Below, one piece after another: positions 36,644-45,459 of a stretch of DNA of 60,896 nt. The stretch spans positions 1 to 60,896 of the IMG/VR virus record IMGVR_UViG_3300049137_000128; one strand, written 5' to 3'. Below the pieces are notes generated by a model, which saw nothing but the letters and a program-made list of their open reading frames with translations, was not told the origin of the DNA and made no database searches. Within the stretch, counting starts at the first letter, position 1. The number at the start of each line of letters is the position of its first letter. The stretch comes from a virus (lineage: Duplodnaviria > Caudoviricetes). Made by a program: the position numbers and the translations under genes.

Positions 36644-37402
36644 TCACTCATCCAGCTCGATACGAAAATCCACCACCGTCGTATCCCCACGCCGCACAAT
36701 CGGATGCGCCACCTCCGCCACCCGGCCCTCCCCATCGACATGCTTCCGCGTGAACCGCAGCACCGGAATGCTCGGGCCCAGCTTCAGCACCGCGGCCTCC
36801 ACCTCGGTCGGCATGCCCGCAGTGAAAGACTCCTCGACCGCCGTCACGTGGATGCCGACGCTCGCCAGCTGGGCCCGCGTGCCGCCCGGCCACGGCTCGT
36901 TGATCGGATCCGCAACCGGCGTCCCCGCAACGTCCGACCAGCGCACGTACGACGTCGACATCTGTGTCGGGACGTCGTTGTCGTAGAACACGAAATGCCT
37001 GGCCAGCAACCGTTCACCCGGCTCCACCCCAAACAGCGCCGCCAACTCCGGATCCGCCTCCACTTTCTCGAACCGCTTGTCCAGCCGGTACTCCGACCAG
37101 CCGATCCCCTGGTCCTTCGTGAACGGCGTCGACCGGGCACCCGGCGTCGACCGGTAGCGGTCGGCCGGAAGGCGGTGGACTGGCGGCCGAGTGCGGACGA
37201 TGGTGCCGGCGCGGGCGCGGGACTCGATGAGTCCTTCGTTGGCGAGGAGGCGTAGTGCGTTGCGGATGGTGGTCTCGGATACTCCGTATGCGGTGCAGAG
37301 GTCGGGGAGGGTGGGGATCCGGTCACCGGGCCCGAATTCGCCGCCGGGGGTGATGCGTTGCCGCAGGTCGGCGGCGATCCGCAGGTACTCGGGCTGTGCC
37401 AC
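36644..37402 (-). CDS. GntR (HutC/UTRA) transcriptional regulator
   Basis: YLRIAADLR..PGDRIPT..L...YGVS..TIR.AL..L..EG, then UTRA domain. Confidence 0.9.
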   Translation of the reverse strand: MAQPEYLRIAADLRQRITPGGEFGPGDRIPTLPDLCTAYGVSETTIRNALRLLANEGLIESRARAGTIVRTRPPVHRLPADRYRSTPGARSTPFTKDQGIGWSEYRLDKRFEKVEADPELAALFGVEPGERLLARHFVFYDNDVPTQMSTSYVRWSDVAGTPVADPINEPWPGGTRAQLASVGIHVTAVEESFTAGMPTEVEAAVLKLGPSIPVLRFTRKHVDGEGRVAEVAHPIVRRGDTTVVDFRIELDE

Positions 37403-37434
37403 GGCGATACTCCCGACTCCGATGATCGCGTCAA

Positions 37435-37521
37435 TCTGAGTACGCATAATCTCCCGTCCCGCTTGACCAGCGCCAATCGCGCCGACATTCTGAGTACAGA
37501 TAAGCACTAGCTGTACTCAGA
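37435..37521. promoter_or_regulatory. Probable GntR operators in divergent promoter
   Basis: TCTGAGTACAG (37489) / CTGTACTCAGA (37511) inverted pair, third half-site TCTGAGTAC at 37435. Confidence 0.6.
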
Positions 37522-37546
37522 TAGCTACTGGTGGCGAGGTACATCC

Positions 37547-37894
37547 ATGCCGGAAACAGGGCAGTCATGGCGAAGAGCCTTCAAAGGGACACCCATCGAA
37601 GCCGCCCAAGTCCGCGCATGGACCAGCACACGCACTACACACCCGGACGCCGCCGCCATCGCCAACGAACTCTTCGTCGCGATCCTCGGCTCCGGCGCCG
37701 ACCTCATCGAAATGACCGTCTCCACCGCCGGAACCCGCACCCGCATCACCGCCACAGGCCCTAGCCCCTTATCCACCAGGCACACCCACGGCCCCGGCTG
37801 GCGGCTCGTCGCAGGCCTCGCCCACATAACCGGCGTCACCCCCGACGACCACGGCCTCTGGGCCCAGATGCCCGAGCTGGAGCACGAATCATGA
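37547..37894 (+). CDS. Degenerate HATPase_c (anti-sigma-like) protein
   Basis: F.G.P.....VR.W, IANELF, G.G..LV..LA...G......WA; TTA codon at 37769. Confidence 0.6.
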   Translation: MPETGQSWRRAFKGTPIEAAQVRAWTSTRTTHPDAAAIANELFVAILGSGADLIEMTVSTAGTRTRITATGPSPLSTRHTHGPGWRLVAGLAHITGVTPDDHGLWAQMPELEHES

Positions 37895-38070
37895 AGGGCC
37901 CCAACCGCAGGCGCCGCACCGTCTGGTGTGCCTGGCACAACGGACTCTCCGACACCGCGCAACTCGTGCGCATCCACGAAGCAGCCAGCGGCCCCGGCGG
38001 AATGCTGTACGCCTGCGCCAAGTGCCGCATCAAGTTCGGGCTCGCTCCACTGGCGGAGCGGACGATATGA
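37891..38070 (+). CDS. Small Zn-binding protein
   Basis: CAWH....SGPG..LYACAKCR; ATGA overlaps. Confidence 0.6.
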   Translation: MKGPNRRRRTVWCAWHNGLSDTAQLVRIHEAASGPGGMLYACAKCRIKFGLAPLAERTI

Positions 38071-38249
38071 CCGCCCCACCCCGAGTCGCCACCGCCCTCG
38101 ACCAGGCCACCGCGCATCTCGCCGAATGCCCGGCGTGCAGTCGCCTCCGCGCGCTCGTCAGGCCCGACGCAGCCTGCCAGGCCGCAGGCCGCCTCATGCA
38201 GGCGTGCACGACCGCAGACACGACCGCCCGCGAGGAGACCACCCAGTGA
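38067..38249 (+). CDS. Small Cys/His protein
   Basis: H...C..C......C..G..L; overlapping stop/start. Confidence 0.5.
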   Translation: MTAPPRVATALDQATAHLAECPACSRLRALVRPDAACQAAGRLMQACTTADTTAREETTQ

Positions 38250-38428
38250 AGCAGGCCAAGAAGAAAACCAAGCCCCGCCCCTCCGAGGCGCCGTCCGCTC
38301 CTCGCGGCCTCGGCGGCTACTGCTGGGCCGAACACCCGGAGACGAGCGTGCACTGCGTCGAGCCGATAGGGCACGAAACCCGGCATCGGGATCACTGGCA
38401 TCCGTACACCGGCACCCGCTGGACGTAG
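38246..38428 (+). CDS. Small Cys/His protein
   Basis: GAGGAG RBS; YCW....HC....GH....HWHPY...W. Confidence 0.5.
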   Translation: MKQAKKKTKPRPSEAPSAPRGLGGYCWAEHPETSVHCVEPIGHETRHRDHWHPYTGTRWT

Positions 38429-38520
38429 ACCTGAGACCCCCCGGGCGCCGGTATCCGAGACCGCCGGCGCCCCGGGGTGGCCGCCCCCGCTATCCGTGCC
38501 GGGGAGGGGTGGCCTGGGTG

Positions 38521-38553
38521 AGCCCGCCGCTACGTCCCCCGAGGCGGCGGGCT
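38521..38553. terminator. Hairpin between convergent genes
   Basis: AGCCCGCCGC / GCGGCGGGCT stem. Confidence 0.55.
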
Positions 38554-38786
38554 CACCGCACCAGATCAGCGAGCGGCACGTCCAGGGCGTCGGCGATACG
38601 GATCAGGTTGTCGATGATGGCCGCCTGATGCCCCTGCTCGATCCGGTTGATGGACTGCCGGTCCAAGCCCGCTAACTCGGCGAGTTTCTCCTGCGTGAGT
38701 CTGGCCTCGCGGCGGACGGTGCGGATGTGGTCGCCGATGGCCCGGCGTCGGTCGAGGACCCAGTCGGGTGGCGGGGCGGATGGCAC
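38553..38786 (-). CDS. XRE-family HTH regulator
   Basis: IR..R....LTQEKLAELAGLDRQSINRIEQG; TTA codon. Confidence 0.85.
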   Translation of the reverse strand: MPSAPPPDWVLDRRRAIGDHIRTVRREARLTQEKLAELAGLDRQSINRIEQGHQAAIIDNLIRIADALDVPLADLVR

Positions 38787-39129
38787 CGCTCCACGTTTTC
38801 GGTATCAAGATCGCGAGTCTGTATCGCCGACCGTACATTTTCCGCCCGGGGGCGGGTACACGTCCGTGCACGGTGCGTGTCCACCCCCCCTCACATGCCC
38901 GGCGTCGCCTCTTGTGGGCGGCGTCGTGGAGGCCGCCCGTCCGTCGCGAGCACCCCCTTGCGGGCGGGCGGGCGGTCATTGCATATATCCGACTGGCTCG
39001 TGTTCAAAACCGCCCGATCGTGTGACTTAGATGCACGTGACAGGCGCTTGAAAAGATCGTTGGATGAGATGACCAGGACGGGAGCGAGTCCGCCTCCCTG
39101 GGTGGAGCTCCCGTCCTGGTTCACACAGA

Positions 39130-39170
39130 GAAGACCCCCGACGTCGATACCGTCGGGGGTCTTCGCGTTT
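39130..39170. terminator. Strong hairpin terminator
   Basis: GAAGACCCCCGACG / CGTCGGGGGTCTTC 14-bp stem followed by GCGTTT. Confidence 0.7.
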
Positions 39171-39173
39171 CCC

Positions 39174-39441
39174 ATGGGAGACGGATGGGAGAAAGATCTT
39201 ACCCGCCAGAGCTAACTCAAGCTAACTTACGCTAACTCAAGCCGACTCACTCGAAGCTAATGCCCTGACCACTGCCACCACCTGCGGCAACCTTAATTCC
39301 CTTGGTGATCTCGTCGATCACAACTCACCTAGCATCGGTAGGCCGCTGAACTGCGGCGGAGCATCCGTGGGTGAATCCGATGGGAGCGGATTGGGAAAAG
39401 GCGGCGTCCAAAGCCCCTTCGCCATCACGTTCTTCTCCCAT
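39174..39441. other. Putative attP region
   Basis: Arm-like ATGGGAG repeats at 39174, 39185, 39380 and inverted at 39434; 10-bp-phased GCTAACT array at 39211-39250; adjoins integrase 3' end. Confidence 0.6.
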
Positions 39442-40697
39442 ACGCCCTGCAGGTACTCGACGATACGCATCTCCATCCCGATCGTCACCCGGCTGTAGAC
39501 GCCCTCCATGCCGGCGACCTCGTGCCCCATCCGGGCCTCCTTCGCCACCGTTGAGATGTCCGCACCCGGCTCGTCCAGGAGTTCACGGTGCCAGTGCCGC
39601 AACCGGTACAAATCCTCACCGGCCATCTCCGCCACCGCCGGGATCTCCGGGCGCACATGCCGCATGTACTGCGGGCGCGGCTTACGCTCCGGCGCCCCGT
39701 CCCTGATGGGCCGCCAGTAGTGGCTCGTGAACACCCCACACGTCAGCAGATGCTTCCCCGTCATCGACGGGAACACCCAGGGCGACGCGTGCGACGTCAG
39801 CAGCGCTTCATGAATCCCATGAAGGAAAGGCGGCATCACCAATGTCCTATAGCTGTCGTACTTCGGACCCGCCAGCGTTGGCTTGTGATCCACGTAGTAC
39901 GCCTGATGCTGAACGCGAAGCACGTGCATGCCGCGGTACCGCTTCGCCGCCTCACGCCTGCGAGCCGGCACCGGGTCCTTGTCCGGCCAACTAGGAGAGG
40001 CGAAGCCGCGCTGCAGCCCGACCATTTCGCCAGGGGGCCGCATGCCAGTGAAAGCAATGGTCCAGATGTACGCCCACCCGGTGTAGCCCCACACATGGAA
40101 TGCGTTCACGGCGAGCTGGTGCAGGGCCTCGAACGGCAACTCCTGCTTGACGCGCTTCGTCTGCTTCTTCCTGTAACGGCCTCGGCGCCGCTGCTCCACA
40201 ATCGGCGACTCGCCGCGCAGCTTGTACTTGAGGACTGCGTCGTCCATCAACATCTTGAAAAGGCTCAGCAGATTGCTTGCGTAGTTCTCTGAATACTTCG
40301 CCTTGACCTGCTTCTTCCATACGTCGTAGTGGACCGGGGTGACCTCGCCGACCGTCCACCGCGTCCAGTACGGCACGATCACCGTCTTCAGCATGGACTT
40401 GTACCGGCGCTCAGAGTTGGGCCGCAGGTCGGCCGCCTTGAACCACGTCCAGCAGTATTCATCCATAGGTGTCCGGGTGCCCGCCCGCGGAGTGTGCTTG
40501 CCGTGGCGGACCTCGTACTCGCGGTCCAGACCGAAGGTGTACGCCTCGTCCTCGTCCTTAAAGGGGGCGCCAGGCTCGGGGCCGCTCGCGGACTCGTACA
40601 GCTTCTTCTTGGTGGGCTTGCCGTCGGCGTCGAGCTTGTACTCGCCGCCCCACCACTTCACACGGATGCTGTTGCCGCGCCGCTCAACGTAAGGCAA
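39318..40697 (-). CDS. int: Tyrosine integrase
   Basis: TGMR..E, K, YRLRH, RMGH, VYS catalytic set; TTG start inferred from GGGGGA RBS. Confidence 0.85.
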   Translation of the reverse strand: MPYVERRGNSIRVKWWGGEYKLDADGKPTKKKLYESASGPEPGAPFKDEDEAYTFGLDREYEVRHGKHTPRAGTRTPMDEYCWTWFKAADLRPNSERRYKSMLKTVIVPYWTRWTVGEVTPVHYDVWKKQVKAKYSENYASNLLSLFKMLMDDAVLKYKLRGESPIVEQRRRGRYRKKQTKRVKQELPFEALHQLAVNAFHVWGYTGWAYIWTIAFTGMRPPGEMVGLQRGFASPSWPDKDPVPARRREAAKRYRGMHVLRVQHQAYYVDHKPTLAGPKYDSYRTLVMPPFLHGIHEALLTSHASPWVFPSMTGKHLLTCGVFTSHYWRPIRDGAPERKPRPQYMRHVRPEIPAVAEMAGEDLYRLRHWHRELLDEPGADISTVAKEARMGHEVAGMEGVYSRVTIGMEMRIVEYLQGVWEKNVMAKGLWTPPFPNPLPSDSPTDAPPQFSGLPMLGEL

Positions 40698-40782
40698 AGG
40701 CCATCCCCCCAGATGGAATGAACGAGTTGGGTGGATGCGCCGGCGTAGCACCCCTGCCGCCGGCCCTTCCACTACTGACTGC

Positions 40783-40986
40783 TTACTGTGCCGTGCCGAC
40801 CGAGCAGCCGCGACAGGTTCTGCAGTCTCGGCCCTGGCCTTTCATGAACCGCCTCACGCGCTCCTGAAATGCGCGGTCGTCAGTGGCCCTTGGGGCTAGG
40901 ACGCATACCTTCTCTCCGTTGATCTGGGTCGGGTATGCGAGGAACGCTGTCCCCGGACCCAGATCCAGGTTGATGGCATGACTCAC
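40783..40986 (-). CDS. Small Cys-motif protein between repressor and integrase
   Basis: AAAGGGG RBS, GTG start, C-terminal CRTCRGC. Confidence 0.5.
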   Translation of the reverse strand: MSHAINLDLGPGTAFLAYPTQINGEKVCVLAPRATDDRAFQERVRRFMKGQGRDCRTCRGCSVGTAQ

Positions 40987-41138
40987 CGGTCCCCCTTTGT
41001 GTCTCCTGTGGGACCTCCCTGGGTGGATCGTCAGGCTTACACGGGTAACCGGCGGGCGCGAGGGGTTGGTGAGGTTTCGTCGCAACTTAAAGTAACGATC
41101 CGGTTACGGCAGGATGGTTGTACGACAATCTGCGCAGA

Positions 41139-41561
41139 TTAGCCGGAGTTCTCGACCTCTCCCGCCCTCCGCAGAATGTCCACGAGCTCCTCGCTGAAGG
41201 CGTCGATGTCGCCGATGGGCGCCGTCGGCATCTTCGCCCGGGCCGCCTCGAACGCCGCCTTGCGTACTACTTCCGCGTTGAGTGGTGCCACCGGCGTAGC
41301 CGCTGGGCCGTCGGCTGCTCGGTCGGCGAGTACGGGCTCGCCGCCTTCGGCGATGGCAATACAACTGCCGCCAGTCCAGCCGAGAGCGCGGCCGATCTGT
41401 GCGTACTTAACGTCCAGGACAGGAAGCCCCGCCTCGACGCGCTTCCAGGTGTCTTTGGAGATCCCTGCGGCCTGGGCTGCTGCAAGGCGTGAGGGATACA
41501 GCTCCAGTCGATGCGCCTTCACGCGCTGCGCGAGGCGGTCGAGATCGCGGGGGGTGGTCAT
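41139..41561 (-). CDS. Immunity repressor (XRE-like)
   Basis: AAQAAGISKDTWKRVEAG.....I.RALGW..GS; divergent from Cro-like gene. Confidence 0.75.
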   Translation of the reverse strand: MTTPRDLDRLAQRVKAHRLELYPSRLAAAQAAGISKDTWKRVEAGLPVLDVKYAQIGRALGWTGGSCIAIAEGGEPVLADRAADGPAATPVAPLNAEVVRKAAFEAARAKMPTAPIGDIDAFSEELVDILRRAGEVENSG

Positions 41562-41580
41562 GTCGACATGATGCCAGGGC

Positions 41581-41730
41581 CAGCTAGGGCCAGCTAGTTC
41601 CAACTAGGTAAACGGCCGGTTCCCGCTTAGGTGAGGCTAACTAGAGCTAGCTAGTTGAATATTCAAGAGCTAACCCACCCCATTTAGAGCTAACTAGAGC
41701 TAGACAAGCGGAGCTAACTAGAGCTAGCGT
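41581..41730. promoter_or_regulatory. Lysis/lysogeny switch with operator repeats
   Basis: GCTAACTAGAGCTAG three times (41636, 41689, 41713), palindrome TTGAATATTCAA at 41655, TAGACA-N18-TAGCGT then ATG 6 nt later. Confidence 0.75.
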
Positions 41731-41736
41731 CTAGGC

Positions 41737-41994
41737 ATGCACCAACCGCCGACCTTCGAGGTCGACGGGGACGCGATCCGCGAGGAGCGCATGCAAGCGG
41801 GGCTCACACGACGCGAGCTGGCCAGACAGGCGGGAATCAGCCGCCGCTACATCTGCCACCTCGAAAACGGCACCCGCTGGCGCATGAACCCCGAGCCCTA
41901 TCTGCGTCTCCGTGGAGTCCTCAACGCGACCGACGCACGCCTCCGGCGTAAGCCTCCTCGCCCCACCGAGGTCGAACCCCCAGAAAGGAAATAA
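41737..41994 (+). CDS. Cro-like XRE regulator
   Basis: IREER..AGLTRRELARQAGISRRYICHLENG. Confidence 0.8.
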   Translation: MHQPPTFEVDGDAIREERMQAGLTRRELARQAGISRRYICHLENGTRWRMNPEPYLRLRGVLNATDARLRRKPPRPTEVEPPERK

Positions 41995-41997
41995 CCC

Positions 41998-42297
41998 ATG
42001 GCCACCAAGGCCTACGAGCTCTACGGAGTCCCAGTTCCCCCCGAGGATCCGGACCAGGAGTACATGACCGTCCAGGAGACGGCCTACGTCATGAAGTGCA
42101 GCGTCTCCTGGCTCCGCAAGTTCCTGAAGGACAACCGGCACCTCCACGGCTACAGCGGTCGGCGCATTGTCACCGACCGGCAGGACCGCGCCGCGATCTA
42201 CGAGGCGTGGCGCGCCGGCGACCCGCGTAAGGGCCGCAGCGCGCCGCGTCAGGGGCGCCGGAGCGTGCCCCGCAGGCCAGCGCTCGCTGGTTCCTGA
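41998..42297 (+). CDS. Excisionase-like (HTH_17) protein
   Basis: YMTVQETAYVMKCSVSWLR....GRRI. Confidence 0.65.
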   Translation: MATKAYELYGVPVPPEDPDQEYMTVQETAYVMKCSVSWLRKFLKDNRHLHGYSGRRIVTDRQDRAAIYEAWRAGDPRKGRSAPRQGRRSVPRRPALAGS

Positions 42298-42385
42298 CTC
42301 CATCAAACGCCGAAGGGCCGCCCCCTTGCCCGGATGACGGCCCAGCGATCGGCGACCCCTACACACAGAGAAAGAGAGGCCTTCG

Positions 42386-42757
42386 ATGGCCACAGTCTTG
42401 CAGACCCCTACTGCGGAGCAGCTCGCCTGGTGGCAGGCGCAGGAAGCCCGCAGGCAGAACGAGAACGACTACGAGGTCACCGTCAACATCCTCGGCCTGC
42501 CGTCGGCTGAGCACGTGGTGGACGCGGACGCGGTGCGTGTCACCTCCGCCGACATCGGCGTCCTGGCGGCGTGGCTGGAGGAGAAGGGCGGCACGGTCAC
42601 CCGGCTCGACACCGGGTTCGGGGTTGCGGTGTGGACGCTGTCGACGAACGCGGGTGCGGATGAGGGCTACGTGGGGTGCCGGGTGCTGGTGACGGTGCCG
42701 GTTCCGGCGTCGGGCTGGGTTCCGTGCGAGGTCTCCGCGAAGGCGGTGGCGGCGTGA
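42386..42757 (+). CDS. Hypothetical protein
   Basis: GAGG RBS, high GC3. Confidence 0.6.
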   Translation: MATVLQTPTAEQLAWWQAQEARRQNENDYEVTVNILGLPSAEHVVDADAVRVTSADIGVLAAWLEEKGGTVTRLDTGFGVAVWTLSTNAGADEGYVGCRVLVTVPVPASGWVPCEVSAKAVAA

Positions 42758-43653
42758 GTGCCCCGGTGGTGGAGCCGTCGGCGTGTACGTGGTGCGGGAT
42801 TGCGCGGCGTGGTCATGGCCGTCAGTTCGCGGATGCGGTGGGTTGGCATGAGTGGGCGGCGCCGTCGGATGCGCAGGTGTTGGCGCGGATGAAGGCCCGT
42901 CGGCTGGCGTTGACGGTGGCCCGTGTGGGTGCGTTGCCGATGCCGGTCGCGCCGGAGCCGCAGGTCGTCCGCCGTAGTGTCGCCGAGGTTCGACTGGAGC
43001 AGTACGGCAACGAGCGGAAGACGTACGGCAACGGCTCGGAGAAGGCACTGCACCGCATCGCGCTCGACCTGCGGAAGGAGCTGTCGGACCAGCGGGCGTA
43101 CGAGCAGCGGTTGCGGGAGCAGCACGACCTTGACGTCGCGGCGGTCAACCGTCTGCGGTCTCGGGTTGCCGAGTTGGAGGCGGAGCGGCACGTCACGAAC
43201 GAGGCGCTCGATGACGCGGTGCAGGCACTGCGGGCGAACTCCGGGCAGGCGCTGCCGTGGGCGCATGCCATGTCGGATCACGACCTGCACGGGTTCCTCG
43301 ACGACCTCGTGTCGGCCGCGATGGGCCGCTGGCGGTCGGAGCCCGAGGTTCCGGACCGGACGGTACTCGCGGACATCGAGAAGGTGTGTGCGGCGTGGCG
43401 GACGCCGGGTGTAGGGAGTCGGCTTGACGGGTCTGAGTTCGATGGGGCCACGGTGCGGCTCGCGGAGCCGGAGCCGGACAAGCAGCTGAAGGGGCGTGCC
43501 CGTCTGGACGCGTCTGCGGCGGCGGATGCTGAGGCGACGCACTGGAGGCGGCTCGGGATCGAGGAGCCGGAGGGCGAGTTCTACCCCTTCCTGCACCGTG
43601 AGGGCCGGGTCCCGCACGACATGCCCGAGACGGGCGGTGACGGTCGTGGCTGA
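42754..43653 (+). CDS. Hypothetical protein (N-terminal CxxC-H motif, coiled coil)
   Basis: PSAC.WCG..R.H......GWH.W..P......RM.AR; GTGA overlap. Confidence 0.6.
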   Translation: MSAPVVEPSACTWCGIARRGHGRQFADAVGWHEWAAPSDAQVLARMKARRLALTVARVGALPMPVAPEPQVVRRSVAEVRLEQYGNERKTYGNGSEKALHRIALDLRKELSDQRAYEQRLREQHDLDVAAVNRLRSRVAELEAERHVTNEALDDAVQALRANSGQALPWAHAMSDHDLHGFLDDLVSAAMGRWRSEPEVPDRTVLADIEKVCAAWRTPGVGSRLDGSEFDGATVRLAEPEPDKQLKGRARLDASAAADAEATHWRRLGIEEPEGEFYPFLHREGRVPHDMPETGGDGRG

Positions 43654-44050
43654 CACCACCCGGAAGGCGATGCTCGCGGTCGCCGCCCACGCCAAGAACG
43701 CCGCCGACTGCCGCCAACTGCTCGACATGCTCGGCATCGACCCGGCCAAGCCGAAGCAGCGTGGCCGCCCGCGCGGCGAGCACGGCCACGGTCACCCCGC
43801 GAAGTACGCCCAGGGCTGCCGCTGCACCGAATGCCGCGCTGCGAACGCCGAGCGGCAGCGGGTACAGCAGCGGCGCCGTATGTCGGATCCCGACGGGGCC
43901 GACCGTGCAGGGCACGGCAACGCGTCGACGTACCAGAACTACGGCTGCCGCTGCCGCCCGTGCACGGACGCGAACACCGCGAAGAGCCTCGCGTACAAGG
44001 CGCGGCGTCGCGAGCGTGCGGCGCTAGCCGAGTCGGGCGGTGGGTCGTGA
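43646..44050 (+). CDS. Protein with two HG..Y..GCRC..C Zn motifs
   Basis: HGHPAKYAQGCRCTEC and HGNASTYQNYGCRCRPC. Confidence 0.7.
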   Translation: MADTTRKAMLAVAAHAKNAADCRQLLDMLGIDPAKPKQRGRPRGEHGHGHPAKYAQGCRCTECRAANAERQRVQQRRRMSDPDGADRAGHGNASTYQNYGCRCRPCTDANTAKSLAYKARRRERAALAESGGGS

Positions 44051-44289
44051 CCGGTCAGTCTCTCGCCGAGGTCTTCTTCCTCGCGCTCGGCATCGGCGGG
44101 TTCGTCCGTTTCGGCTGGTGCCTGGTCTACCTGATCGGCGACGAAGAGCCGATGCCCGCCTGGCTGGACAAGGCGCTGGACGCGCTCGTCGGCGCCGCGC
44201 TCGCCGCGATCGCCTGGGCCCGCCGGACGGCCACTGCCGCCGCCCTCCTTCTCCTCCTCACCACCTCCCCGAAGGGAGCCCTCCGATGA
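44047..44289 (+). CDS. Small membrane protein
   Basis: Two hydrophobic segments, overlapping stop/start. Confidence 0.55.
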   Translation: MTGQSLAEVFFLALGIGGFVRFGWCLVYLIGDEEPMPAWLDKALDALVGAALAAIAWARRTATAAALLLLLTTSPKGALR

Positions 44290-44723
44290 ACCGCTCCACG
44301 AAGCCGCCGCTGTCGTTCGAGGTCGGCGCCAACCACCTCCACGCGGTTCTCCGCGCCGACCAGCTCCGCACCGACACCCTCATGCAGCTCGTCCAGCACT
44401 GGGCGTCTGACGAGCAGTCCCGCGACGACGTCATCGACGCCCTCGACGAGCTGGCGGCGATCGTCTCCGGCGTGGCCCGCGAGGGCGAGCTGGACGCCGC
44501 TGTCGAGCAGGTTGAGGACGTGGCGGGGATGGACACCGCGCAGGTCGAAGTGTCGTCGTTCGACGTCCGTCATCTCCTCGCTGAGCTGAGCGTGGTGGAG
44601 CGGGTCACCAGCCGGTTCCGTAAGGGCGCGTCGGAGATCAAGCACCCGTCGATGCGCGCCACCCGCCGTCACCTCGCCGTGAACCCGCTGCCCGAGCAGC
44701 GCCAGATCGGCGGTGCGGCATGA
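44286..44723 (+). CDS. Hypothetical protein
   Basis: AAGGGAG RBS, ATGA overlaps. Confidence 0.6.
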   Translation: MNRSTKPPLSFEVGANHLHAVLRADQLRTDTLMQLVQHWASDEQSRDDVIDALDELAAIVSGVAREGELDAAVEQVEDVAGMDTAQVEVSSFDVRHLLAELSVVERVTSRFRKGASEIKHPSMRATRRHLAVNPLPEQRQIGGAA

Positions 44724-45286
44724 GCGATCCCACCTGGATCTGCACGAACAGCCCGTGGCACGAGTGGGGCAACGGCCTCACCTGCCGCTGGTGCGACGCG
44801 ACCCGCACGGCGGGCGAGGCGATCGTGTCGTTGCTCGCGAGTCGGCGGGGCGGGACGGAGGACGCCGCGAAGGCGCTCCTCGACGCCCACCGCGCCGAGG
44901 GTCGGCGGGAGGGCGCCCGGCTTCTCGAAGACGCCGCGTGCGACGCCGACTGGACCCGTACGCCGGACTACTGCGCCGGGCTTCGTGCGGGCGCCGAACT
45001 CCTCCTCGCGAACACCGGGGAGAAGGCCACCGCTGACGCGGCGACGGCCACTCCCACCGACACCAACCGCCGCGCCCGACTCCTCCACGAGATCGCCTTC
45101 GACGGCGGGCGGTGGAAGTCCGGCGACGTCGTCCGCTGGTACCAGACCCAAGGCCTCACCGAGCTCGGCACTGGCACGGCCCGCCGCGACCTGGCTGCCC
45201 TCCGCGACTCCGGCGCCCTCACCCAGCACGACGAGTCCGGCGTGCGGTTCTACACGCTCAACAACCGGAAGGGCGGCACCGCGTGA
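44720..45286 (+). CDS. Hypothetical protein with C-terminal winged helix
   Basis: TARRDLAAL...G.L; N-terminal C..H..C..C. Confidence 0.6.
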   Translation: MSDPTWICTNSPWHEWGNGLTCRWCDATRTAGEAIVSLLASRRGGTEDAAKALLDAHRAEGRREGARLLEDAACDADWTRTPDYCAGLRAGAELLLANTGEKATADAATATPTDTNRRARLLHEIAFDGGRWKSGDVVRWYQTQGLTELGTGTARRDLAALRDSGALTQHDESGVRFYTLNNRKGGTA

Positions 45287-45459
45287 CCGCCCGGGTGGGG
45301 ACCGCCTGCCACTGGACGGCCGTCACCATCGCCGCCCTTCTCTTCGCCCAATGGGGCCCGTTCACCGGCTGGTACGCCACCGCCACCACCGCCGTCATCG
45401 CCGCCGGGGTCGGGCTGATCGGACTCGCCGCCGCACCACACCCAGGAGCACGCACATGA
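45283..45459 (+). CDS. Small membrane protein
   Basis: Two hydrophobic segments. Confidence 0.5.
   Translation: MTARVGTACHWTAVTIAALLFAQWGPFTGWYATATTAVIAAGVGLIGLAAAPHPGART

Noticed and set aside
39211-39260. Short repeats as a CRISPR or mini-array
   Set aside because: 10-bp period with no spacers; no cas genes; better explained as protein-binding sites
39061-39320. tRNA gene or tRNA-derived att core
   Set aside because: No cloverleaf or GTTCGA T-loop recognised; core could not be assigned by eye
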